13,432 nucleotides of DNA from Candidatus Rokuibacteriota bacterium (GTDB taxonomy: Bacteria; Methylomirabilota; Methylomirabilia; Rokubacteriales; CSP1-6). Under the pieces are notes generated by a model. That model ran no database searches and was not told where the DNA came from. It saw only the letters and a program-made list of their open reading frames with translations. The position numbers and the translations under genes are program-made. Where the stretch lies: NCBI GenBank assembly GCA_016184305.1, contig JACPCX010000099.1, positions 1-13,432 of the forward strand. The letters are read 5' to 3'. Shown here piece by piece: positions 1-6,761 of this stretch. How positions within the stretch are numbered: the stretch's first letter is position 1; each line of letters opens with the position of its first letter.

Positions 1-325
1 CGGCGATGGCGCGTTCCGTTGCCGCCGCCACGTCCACGTCCTCGGTGCCCGTGCCCGAAATGCAGATCATGCGCAGCTCGTGCGCCGCCTGCAGCACGGG
101 CCGTGGAAAGCGGGTGAAGGCCGGCCGAAAGGAGAGCACCACGTGCGCGTCCCGGATGCGCCCCATGAGCTCGGCCTCGTCGCCGGCGCGGTTGCCGTGA
201 ATCGTCACCTCGGCCGCTGCCCGCAGCCTGCCCATCTCGGCCGAGGACGCATAGGCGCCGTTGATATCATCGGGAATGACAAGCCGTGGCTTGCCGCTTG
301 AACGCGCCTCGGGTTGTTTCGTCAT
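1..325 (-). CDS. D-isomer-specific 2-hydroxyacid dehydrogenase (SerA/LdhA-like), N-terminal part; runs off the window edge
   Basis: Not in the ORF track. Manual translation from ATG at 325: MTKQPEARSSGKPRLVIPDDINGAYASSAEMGRLRAAAEVTIHGNRAGDEAELMGRIRDAHVVLSFRPAFTRFPRPVLQAAHELRMICISGTGTEDVDVAAATERAIA. The segment 'LRMICISGTGTEDVDVAAATERAI' matches the family's LKxI...GxGxDxVDxxAAxxRGI substrate-domain motif. Confidence 0.85.
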   Translation of the reverse strand, partial: MTKQPEARSSGKPRLVIPDDINGAYASSAEMGRLRAAAEVTIHGNRAGDEAELMGRIRDAHVVLSFRPAFTRFPRPVLQAAHELRMICISGTGTEDVDVAAATERAIA

Positions 326-473
326 GCAGGTTCCCGCTGGGAGCTGCCGAGAGACCCGTCTCTGCCGGCAATACCCGACGGGGTCATGTCGTTCGGCGCT
401 GCCTCGTTTGCGTCATGCTCCGGCCCATATGTTTGCCCGGCCCTCCGGACTGGCTCCGGCGGAATGGCGCCAT

Positions 474-615
474 CTGCGCTCCCACCCCGCCTTCCGAGGC
501 ACCGTGTCACCCCCGCTTTTCACGGCCTCCGTCGCCGGGCGCCGCTGGGAGCCAGGCGACAGGGGCGAACGGGACATCTCCCCTCGCCGGGACTTGCACC
601 CGACCAGGTCGCGAC
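474..615 (-). ncRNA. Structured RNA resembling the 5' part of group II intron domain I (truncated fragment)
   Basis: Minus strand shows consecutive stems: GTCGGG-TGCAAGT-CCCGGC (586-604); AGGGG...CCCCT (561-584); GCTCCC..GCGGC..CCG-GCGA-CGG..GCCGT-GAAAAGC-GGGGGT with a GNRA loop (509-552); GCCT-CGGA-AGGC (489-500). No domain V and no RT ORF were found. Confidence 0.45.
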
Positions 616-694
616 AGGGAGTGAGGCTGCACGGTAGCCAGCATGAACGGAGTCCCCGGGGTCGGGCTCGAGAGCGCCCGCTCGACTGCCCGCC

Positions 695-723
695 ATGCTA
701 GCCACGGACAACGGCCCCGTCAA
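695..723 (-). promoter_or_regulatory. Sigma70-type promoter facing left (towards the dehydrogenase)
   Basis: TTGACG (723-718), 17 bp spacer, TAGCAT (700-695). Confidence 0.6.
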
Positions 724-756
724 GGGGCAGACGGACCAGGGGCAGACGGCAGACGG
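723..756 (+). repeat. Short direct repeats
   Basis: AGGGGCAGACGG at 723-734 and 738-749, plus a partial copy GCAGACGG at 749-756. Confidence 0.8.
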
Positions 757-920
757 CCCAACACCTGATGTTGCGTCCCGCCATCGGGCCGGGCGCGGGG
801 CACGAAGGCTGGCGACCCCATCGTGCCAGCGGGCTCAGGGCGCGGGGATCGGCAGCCTTCGCGCTCCCGCACGCGGCGCGGTGCCGCGAGGCGCCGTCAG
901 GTGCCAGTCCATGTGCCCCC

Positions 921-949
921 TTGACGGGACCGTCGTGACTGGGTAGCGT
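921..949 (+). promoter_or_regulatory. Sigma70-type promoter facing right (towards the isochorismatase-family gene)
   Basis: TTGACG (921-926), 17 bp spacer, TAGCGT (944-949). Confidence 0.6.
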
Positions 950-1049
950 GGGCGGCATTGCGGTCAGTCGAGCGGGCCCTCTCGGCAAGCGTGGCTAGCT
1001 CAGTGGTGCATTCCCCCGAAGTCGGCGACCTTCACACGAGGAGGGAATC

Positions 1050-1712
1050 GTGAAAGAACAGAGGACGACGTTTCTACGCCAGAGGCTTATCCTCGGGGCG
1101 GTTCTGGCGGTCGCGCTACCGCTCTTCGTGGCCTCCCTCACCCCCCCCGCTTTCGCCCAGACCATCGTGGACGAGTGGGCGACAGTCAAAGCGCCGGCGG
1201 CTCCCGAACTCAAGCCGGTCACCCTTTCCAATGTCAACGAGACGGCCTACCTGGTCCTCGATATTCAGAAGCAGAACTGCGTGCCGCGGCCTCGATGCCT
1301 GGCGTCCGTGCCCAAGATCCAGAAGCTTCTCGCCGAGGCGAGGGCCAGGGGGATGGCCGTGGTCCACGCGACCTTTACAGGCAATGTGGCGGACATCCTT
1401 CCCGAGGCCGCGCCCCGGGCGGGCGAGCCTGTGGTCAGCTCAGGCCCGGATAAGTTTGTCGGGACCGATCTTGAGAAGATCCTGAAGGACAAGGGGATCA
1501 AGACTGTCATCGCGGTCGGGACCGCCGCGCACGGTGCCGTGCTCTACACCGTCAGCGGCGCTGTGTATCGGGGGTTCAAGGCGATCGTCCCTGTGGACGG
1601 GATGGCCGCGGAGAACACCTACATCGAGCAGTACGTGACGTATCAGCTCGCGAACGGTCCGCGCCTCGGCCCCGCAGTTACGCTGACGAAGTTCGACCTG
1701 ATCAAGTTCTGA
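1050..1712 (+). CDS. Isochorismatase/cysteine hydrolase family protein with N-terminal signal peptide
   Basis: GAGGAGG RBS before the GTG start. Motifs LVLDIQ, 'LLAEARARGMAVVH', 'DKFVGTDLEKILKDKGIKTVIAVG', 'AVYRGFKAIVPVDG'. N-terminus is basic, then hydrophobic, ending AFA-Q. Confidence 0.85.
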   Translation: MKEQRTTFLRQRLILGAVLAVALPLFVASLTPPAFAQTIVDEWATVKAPAAPELKPVTLSNVNETAYLVLDIQKQNCVPRPRCLASVPKIQKLLAEARARGMAVVHATFTGNVADILPEAAPRAGEPVVSSGPDKFVGTDLEKILKDKGIKTVIAVGTAAHGAVLYTVSGAVYRGFKAIVPVDGMAAENTYIEQYVTYQLANGPRLGPAVTLTKFDLIKF

Positions 1713-1727
1713 CGAGAGGCACCCGCG

Positions 1728-2100
1728 ATGGCTGAGGCATACGACCGGCGCCGCCAGGACCTCGGCAACATCCTGGACCTCGAGCACGTCAACGTGTGGG
1801 TGCCCGACCAGCGGCCCGCGACCGCCTTCTACGTGACGGGGCTCGGGCTCACGCGCGACCCCTACGTGATGGTCGGCACCGAGAACATGTGGATCAACAT
1901 CGGCGCGCAGCAGTTCCACCCAGTACCGGTTCGTCGCGATCGTGGACCCGGACACGGGTGCGCCGCTGTTCGAGATCGAGCACGAGGTCCGGAGCCTCAC
2001 GCACCCGATGGCCTTCCGGCCGCTCGTGAACCGGAACCCGGCCCAGCGCCAGCGCACCTACGCGGGCGGGCACGACGCCTTCGTGCCCGACGCGGGCTGA
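1728..2100 (+). pseudogene. VOC/glyoxalase-like conserved hypothetical gene with internal deletion and frameshift
   Basis: Frame 1 (1728-1919) gives MAEAYD...LEHVNVWVPDQRPATAFYVTGLGL...NIGAQQFH, a VOC-type start. After one extra base, the frame from 1921 gives QYRFVAIVDPDTGAPLFEIEHEVRSLTHPMAFRPLVNRNPAQRQRTYAGGHDAFVPDAG*, stopping at 2100, 19 bp before nhaA. Confidence 0.7.
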
Positions 2101-2119
2101 CGCGCGCCCCGAAGGGGAC

Positions 2120-3457
2120 ATGCCCGCGCCCCTGCACCCGCGACAGGCGGGTCTGCTTCTCCGTCCTTTTCAGGCCTTTTTCGAGCTCGAGGCCGCGGGC
2201 GGCATCGTTCTGCTCGTCTGCGCCGCCGTCGCCATGGTCTGGGCCAACGGGCCAGCCGCCGACGCATACTTCGGGCTGTCGAGAACCCTGATCACAGTGG
2301 GCGGAGGCTCGCTCGTTCTCTCCAAACCCGTGCTCCTGTGGGTCAACGACGGCCTCATGACCGTGTTCTTCTTCGTCGTCGGGCTGGAGATCAAGCGCGA
2401 GCTGCTCACCGGCGAGCTGTCGTCATTCAGGAAGGCCGCGCTGCCGATGATCGGGGCGGTCGCCGGCATGGCCGCCCCCGCCGCCATCTACGCCGCGCTC
2501 AACGTGGGGCAGCCGACCATGCGTGGGTGGGGCATCCCGATGGCGACGGACATCGCCTTCGCCCTGGGCGTGCTCGCCCTGCTCGGACGGCGGGTCCCGG
2601 TCGCCCTCAGAATCTTTCTCGCCGCCGTCGCCATCGTGGACGACCTCGGCGCGGTCGTCGTCATCGCGCTCTTCTACACGGCGGAGGTGTCGTGGGCGGG
2701 CCTCGGGATCGCAGCGCTGGTGTTCGCGGTGCTCATCCTGCTGAACCGGGCGGGCGTTCACCAACCGGCGGTCTATGGCCTTCTCGGTCTTGTGCTGTGG
2801 GTGGCAGTGCTGAAATCCGGCGTCCACGCCACGGTCGCCGGAGTCCTCCTTGCGATGACCATCCCGGCCCGCCACCGGATCGCCCCCGATGCGTTTCTGG
2901 AGCGCGGGCGCAGGCTTCTCGACGCCTTTGCGAAGAGCGGGGGCACGCACGACCTGACCGAGGACCAGCGAGACGCCGCGTACTCGCTCGAGGTCGCTTG
3001 CCAGCAGGTCGAAGCGCCGTTGACGCGGATGGAGCACGCGCTGCACCCGTGGGTCGCCTACGCGGTGATGCCGGTCTTCGCGCTGGCAAACGCCGGTGTG
3101 GCCCTGCCCGCCGACTTCGCCGCGGCGCTGGGCGACCGGATCACCCTCGGCGTGATCCTCGGCCTGGTCCTCGGGAAGCAGGTGGGCGTGACCCTGTCCT
3201 GCTGGCTCGCCGTGCGGCTCGGCGCCGCGGTGCTCCCGACGGGAGCGACGTGGCGGCAGCTCTACGGCGTGGCCGCCCTGTGCGGGATCGGGTTCACGAT
3301 GTCGCTGTTCGTCGCCAGCCTCGCCTTCACCGACCCGACCGCCTTGGACGGCGCCAAGCTCGGGGTTCTGGCCGCCTCATTCATCTCGGGAGTCTATGGC
3401 GTCGCCGTCCTGGCGCGGGGCAAGCCCACCGAGCAGGAAGGCGGGGAGAGGGAGTGA
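2120..3457 (+). CDS. nhaA: Na+/H+ antiporter NhaA
   Basis: Motifs WVNDGLM, GLEIKRE, GWGIPMATDIAFALG, AIVDDLG, SGVHATVAG, GKQVG, CGIGFTMSLF. RBS-like AAGGGG lies before the ATG. Confidence 0.97.
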   Translation: MPAPLHPRQAGLLLRPFQAFFELEAAGGIVLLVCAAVAMVWANGPAADAYFGLSRTLITVGGGSLVLSKPVLLWVNDGLMTVFFFVVGLEIKRELLTGELSSFRKAALPMIGAVAGMAAPAAIYAALNVGQPTMRGWGIPMATDIAFALGVLALLGRRVPVALRIFLAAVAIVDDLGAVVVIALFYTAEVSWAGLGIAALVFAVLILLNRAGVHQPAVYGLLGLVLWVAVLKSGVHATVAGVLLAMTIPARHRIAPDAFLERGRRLLDAFAKSGGTHDLTEDQRDAAYSLEVACQQVEAPLTRMEHALHPWVAYAVMPVFALANAGVALPADFAAALGDRITLGVILGLVLGKQVGVTLSCWLAVRLGAAVLPTGATWRQLYGVAALCGIGFTMSLFVASLAFTDPTALDGAKLGVLAASFISGVYGVAVLARGKPTEQEGGERE

Positions 3458-4539
3458 ACGGACTCAGTGTGGTCCTGATCCTCGCCGGACTTGGCGTCCT
3501 CGTCCTCGGGGCCGAACTCCTCGTCCGGGGGGCCTCGCGGCTCGCCGCAGGCTTCGGGATAACGCCGCTCGTCATCGGCCTGACCGTCGTCGCCTTCGGT
3601 ACGAGCGCCCCCGAGCTCGCCGTGAGCGTGCAAGCCGCGCTCGCGGATCGGTCGGACGTCGTGGTGGGGAACGTGGTCGGGAGCAACATCTTCAACGTGC
3701 TGTTCATCCTCGGCATCTCGTCCCTGCTCACGCCCCTCGTCGTCGCGCAGCGGCTCGTGCGTCTCGAGGTGCCCATCATGATCGGGGTGTCGGTGTTGCT
3801 GCTCGTGCTCGCGCTGGACGGCAGGGTGGACCGGCTCGAGGGCCTGATGCTTCTCGGGGGCATCATCGCCTACACGGTCTTCGCCGTTCGGCAGAGCCGG
3901 CGGGATGGTGTGGAAGTCAGGGCCGAATACGCGCACGAGTATGGGACGACAGCGCCTCGGGGCCGGGACACACTCGTCCAGGTGGCCTTCGTCCTGATCG
4001 GCCTTGCGCTCCTCGTTGCGGGCGCCCACTGGCTCGTCGATGGGGCGGTCCGGTTGGCGACTGCGCTTGGAGTCAGCGAGCTCGTGATCGGGCTGACGGT
4101 CGTGGCTGCGGGCACCTCCGTGCCTGAGCTCGCCACCTCCATCGTCGCGGCAATGAGAGGGGAGCGTGACATCGCCGTCGGCAACGTGGTCGGGAGCAGC
4201 ATCTTCAATATCCTCGGGATCCTCGGCGTGTCGGCTCTCATCAGCCCGGCGGGCGTCGCCGTGGCCCCCGCGGCCCTCACCTTCGACATCCCCGTGATGA
4301 TTGCCGTCGCGGTCGCGTGCCTCCCGATCTTGTTCACCGGACACCTGATCGCCCGGTGGGAAGGCGCGGTCTTCGCCGGATACTACGTCGCCTACACCCT
4401 GTACCTCGTTCTGGCTTCCCTCGAGCACGACGTGCTGCCCCGCTTCAGCCGGGCGATGATCGCCTACGTCCTCCCCCTGACCGTGGTGACGCTGCTCGTG
4501 CTCTACGTGCGTTCGGCGCGTCACGACGGTCCGGGGTGA
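3454..4539 (+). CDS. Calcium/sodium antiporter (CaCA family, YrbG-like)
   Basis: GTG start overlaps the nhaA stop (GTGA) after a GGGAGAGG RBS-like tract. Two alpha repeats: GTSAPE...GNVVGSNIFN and GTSVPE...GNVVGSSIFN. Multiple hydrophobic segments. Confidence 0.95.
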   Translation: MNGLSVVLILAGLGVLVLGAELLVRGASRLAAGFGITPLVIGLTVVAFGTSAPELAVSVQAALADRSDVVVGNVVGSNIFNVLFILGISSLLTPLVVAQRLVRLEVPIMIGVSVLLLVLALDGRVDRLEGLMLLGGIIAYTVFAVRQSRRDGVEVRAEYAHEYGTTAPRGRDTLVQVAFVLIGLALLVAGAHWLVDGAVRLATALGVSELVIGLTVVAAGTSVPELATSIVAAMRGERDIAVGNVVGSSIFNILGILGVSALISPAGVAVAPAALTFDIPVMIAVAVACLPILFTGHLIARWEGAVFAGYYVAYTLYLVLASLEHDVLPRFSRAMIAYVLPLTVVTLLVLYVRSARHDGPG

Positions 4540-4587
4540 TGCCCCGCCCGCTCGGGCGACGCCTGGCCGCGGCGCCGACGTGCTCCT

Positions 4588-4713
4588 TCAGCCGGAAGGC
4601 GCAGCGCTAAGCCGGCGCACCCGGCCCGCGACGGCGCGCACGTTGCGCGGCACCGTGAACCACATCGCCATCGCCGGGACGACCGCGATCGCGATCCAGA
4701 ACACTGTGGCCAT
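4588..4713 (-). CDS. Possible 41-aa single-TM small protein or membrane-gene remnant
   Basis: MATVFWIAIAVVPAMAMWFTVPRNVRAVAGRVRRLSAAPSG*. Hydrophobic helix followed by a basic tail, with mostly G/C third codon positions. No clear RBS. Confidence 0.35.
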   Translation of the reverse strand: MATVFWIAIAVVPAMAMWFTVPRNVRAVAGRVRRLSAAPSG

Positions 4714-4824
4714 CGGTGGGAGCCTTTGGAGCAATTCCTGGGGGGCCGGGTTCCCACGCGGCGCCCCGTCCGGGTGCGCATCTCATGTCGGGTCCACCCG
4801 GGGGCTCGGCCGCCCCGGCCGCCG

Positions 4825-4860
4825 TCGGGCCCGACCCCGGGGACACCGTGGATGATGGCT
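4825..4860 (+). repeat. Dispersed ~36 bp repeat shared with 636-671 (minus strand)
   Basis: TCGGGCCCGACCCCGGGGACACCGTGGATGATGGCT versus TCGAGCCCGACCCCGGGGACTCCGTTCATGCTGGCT: 31/36 identical by manual alignment. Confidence 0.75.
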
Positions 4861-4899
4861 GCGCGCGGCGCACAACGCCTCGGCTCCCCCGTGCCGGCC

Positions 4900-4937
4900 T
4901 TGACAGTGTGGCCACAACGGCCAACAATGTGGCTACA
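4900..4937 (+). promoter_or_regulatory. TA operon promoter with palindromic operator sites
   Basis: TTGACA (4900-4905), 17 bp spacer, AACAAT (4923-4928). Perfect palindrome TGTGGCCACA at 4907-4916 and near copy TGTGGCTACA at 4928-4937. AGGAGG RBS follows. Confidence 0.75.
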
Positions 4938-4949
4938 CAGGAGGGCGCG

Positions 4950-5219
4950 ATGGCTGCCGTCGGGATCAGGGAGCTGAAGAACCGGCTCAGTCAGTACGTC
5001 AGGCGAGTACGGGCCGGGGAGCGCCTGGTGGTGACCGAGCGGGGCAAGCCGGTGGCGATCATGTCGCCCCCCGCGACCGCTCGCGAGGACCGACGCATCC
5101 AGACCATGCTCAGCAAGGGCGAGGCCCGCTGGGGGGGCGGCAAGCCGAAGGGGGCCAGGCGACCGGCCCGACTCAAGGGTCCCTCGGTCGCCCGGGCGGT
5201 GCTCGGGGACCGCCGGTGA
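4950..5219 (+). CDS. Type II antitoxin, Phd/YefM (prevent-host-death) family
   Basis: MAAVGIRELKNRLSQYVRRVRAGERLVVTERGKPVA is a typical Phd/YefM N-terminus. Its stop overlaps the toxin start (GTGA). Confidence 0.93.
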   Translation: MAAVGIRELKNRLSQYVRRVRAGERLVVTERGKPVAIMSPPATAREDRRIQTMLSKGEARWGGGKPKGARRPARLKGPSVARAVLGDRR

Positions 5220-5656
5220 GGCTGTACCTGGACACCAGCGCCCTGGTCAAGCTGTATGTCGACGAGGAGGATGCCCGGGTCGTCCGGAACGCGGTGGGCC
5301 AGGCCGACCTGATCGCCACGTCGGCACTCGCCCATGTCGAGGCTCGGGCCGCCTTCGCGCGACGACGTCGGGAGGGTGGGTTGTCGCCGGGAGACCACCG
5401 ACGGATCACCCGGGATCTCGACAGGGATTGGGCCGGGTACCTGTCTGTCGAGGTGACTGATGCCGTCATCCGGAGGGGGGCGCGCCTGTCCGAGACGCAT
5501 CGCCTCAAGGCCTATGACGCCGTGCACCTGGCCTCTGCCGCGGTCGCGCATGGCCGTCTCGGTGAGCCGTTCCTGTTCGCTTCCTGGGACCGGAACCTGG
5601 ACAGGGCGGCGCGGCGGGAGGGTCTCGCGCTGCTCCGGGCTCCCGACCGTGACTGA
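5216..5656 (+). CDS. vapC: Type II toxin, VapC family PIN-domain ribonuclease
   Basis: PIN acidic motifs YLDTSALVK, LAHVEA, LKAYDAVHLASA, FASWDRNL. Confidence 0.93.
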   Translation: MRLYLDTSALVKLYVDEEDARVVRNAVGQADLIATSALAHVEARAAFARRRREGGLSPGDHRRITRDLDRDWAGYLSVEVTDAVIRRGARLSETHRLKAYDAVHLASAAVAHGRLGEPFLFASWDRNLDRAARREGLALLRAPDRD

Positions 5657-5682
5657 GGTCGGCTGCTCCCCGCCCCCCCCGG

Positions 5683-6693
5683 TCAGCGGGCGCGCGGCCC
5701 CAGCGCGCGGACGGCGCTCACCAGGATGGCCCGCTTCCGCGCGGGGTCCGGCTCGGTCGTCATCAGGGAGAGGAAGGCCGTGTCGAGCCCGGCCTCGAAG
5801 TATCGGAGGACGCGGGCGCGGATCTCCTCCACGCTGCCGCGCGGGATCAGGTCGCTCATCACCTTCTGCGGGATCGCCGCCACGGCCGCCTTGCGGTCAC
5901 CCGCGGCCCAGGCCTGCCACATGGGCCCAAGCTCGGGGCCGCGTCCCAGCCACTCGTGGAAGGCCTTGTAGACGGGCACATTGAGATAGGCCGCCATGTG
6001 ACGCCTCACCGCAAGGTCGCTCTCGGGCCCGGGGGCGTCCAGGTTGACGAAGAGCCGGGCCGAGATCTCGAGGGACGCCGGGTCGCGGCCGGCCGCCCGA
6101 GCCGCCTCGCGCACCACGGCCACGCACTTCGGCACGTCCTCCGGCGCGAGCCAGTTGAGGATGGCGCCGTCGGCCAGCTCGCCGGCGACCCGCAGCATCC
6201 CGGGACGGAGCGCCGCCACGTGGATGGGCACCGGGGAAGCCGGCGGGCGCGTCACGCGGAAGCCGTCCACCGAGAAGGTCTCGCCGGTGAACACCACGCG
6301 CTCGCCGGCCAGGGCCCGGCGGAGGAACTGCACCATCTCGCGCACGCGGGTCATCGGCCGGTCGAAGCGCCCACCGTTCCAGCCCTCGACAATGAGCTGC
6401 GAGCCGGTGCCGATGCCGAGACAGAAGCGCCCCGGAGCGATCTCCGCCAGTCCGGTGGCGGTGAGCGCCAGCGTCGCCGGGCCCCGCGTGTAGACATTGG
6501 CGATGGCCGTGCCGACGCGCATTCCCGTCGCCTGGCCGATGACGGCCAGGGGCGAGAAGCCGTCGCACCCGTCCACCTCGTAGGACCACGCGTCCGTGTA
6601 CCCGAGCCGCTCCGCCTCCCGCGCGATCTCGGCAAGCTCCGCCAGCGTGACTCCGTCCATCGGCACCGACAAGGACCATCGCTTCTCGCGCAT
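5683..6693 (-). CDS. LLM-class (luciferase-like) flavin/F420-dependent oxidoreductase
   Basis: Motifs AREAERLGYTDAW, GTAIANVYTRGPA, GRFCLGIG, PIHVAALRPGMLRVAGELADG. GGAGGAG RBS upstream. Confidence 0.92.
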   Translation of the reverse strand: MREKRWSLSVPMDGVTLAELAEIAREAERLGYTDAWSYEVDGCDGFSPLAVIGQATGMRVGTAIANVYTRGPATLALTATGLAEIAPGRFCLGIGTGSQLIVEGWNGGRFDRPMTRVREMVQFLRRALAGERVVFTGETFSVDGFRVTRPPASPVPIHVAALRPGMLRVAGELADGAILNWLAPEDVPKCVAVVREAARAAGRDPASLEISARLFVNLDAPGPESDLAVRRHMAAYLNVPVYKAFHEWLGRGPELGPMWQAWAAGDRKAAVAAIPQKVMSDLIPRGSVEEIRARVLRYFEAGLDTAFLSLMTTEPDPARKRAILVSAVRALGPRAR

Positions 6694-6761
6694 TCATCTC
6701 CTCCGCCGCCCCCGTCCCGCGGGCGGCCCTCGACTGCGACGTCAGATGCTGACGGCGGCTC

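Larger units (their letters stand above)
669..984. repeat. Imperfect inverted repeat; arms ~669-729 and ~914-984, each containing a promoter
   Basis: Reverse complement of the left arm, tgcccc-ttgacggggccgttgtccgtggctagcatggcgg-gcagtcgagcgggcgctctcg, aligns with the right arm, tgcccccttgacgggaccgtcgtgactgggtagcgtgggcggcattgcggtcagtcgagcgggccctctcg, with one ~10 nt indel. Confidence 0.85.

Noticed and set aside
989..1030. GCGTGGCTAGCTCAGTGGT resembles a tRNA 5' end and D-loop
   Set aside because: No closing GAGC D-stem strand, no anticodon arm, no GTTCRA T-loop and no matching acceptor strand.
2040..2119. Possible nhaA-associated (Na+/Li+) riboswitch upstream of nhaA
   Set aside because: Only 19 bp separate the upstream stop from the nhaA start, and no such motif was recognisable.
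2338..3453. N-terminal extension of the 733-aa ORF (apparent fusion to the CaCA antiporter)
   Set aside because: Arg/Gly-rich off-frame read-through overlapping nhaA. The real start is the GTG at 3454.
3670..4208. Near-identical DNA repeat AACGTGGTCGGGAGCA(A/G)CATCTTCAA
   Set aside because: Explained by the known alpha-1/alpha-2 internal repeats of CaCA antiporters.
4545..4560. CGCCC-GCTC-GGGCG hairpin after the CaCA gene as a terminator
   Set aside because: Short stem with no U tract; expected by chance at this GC content.
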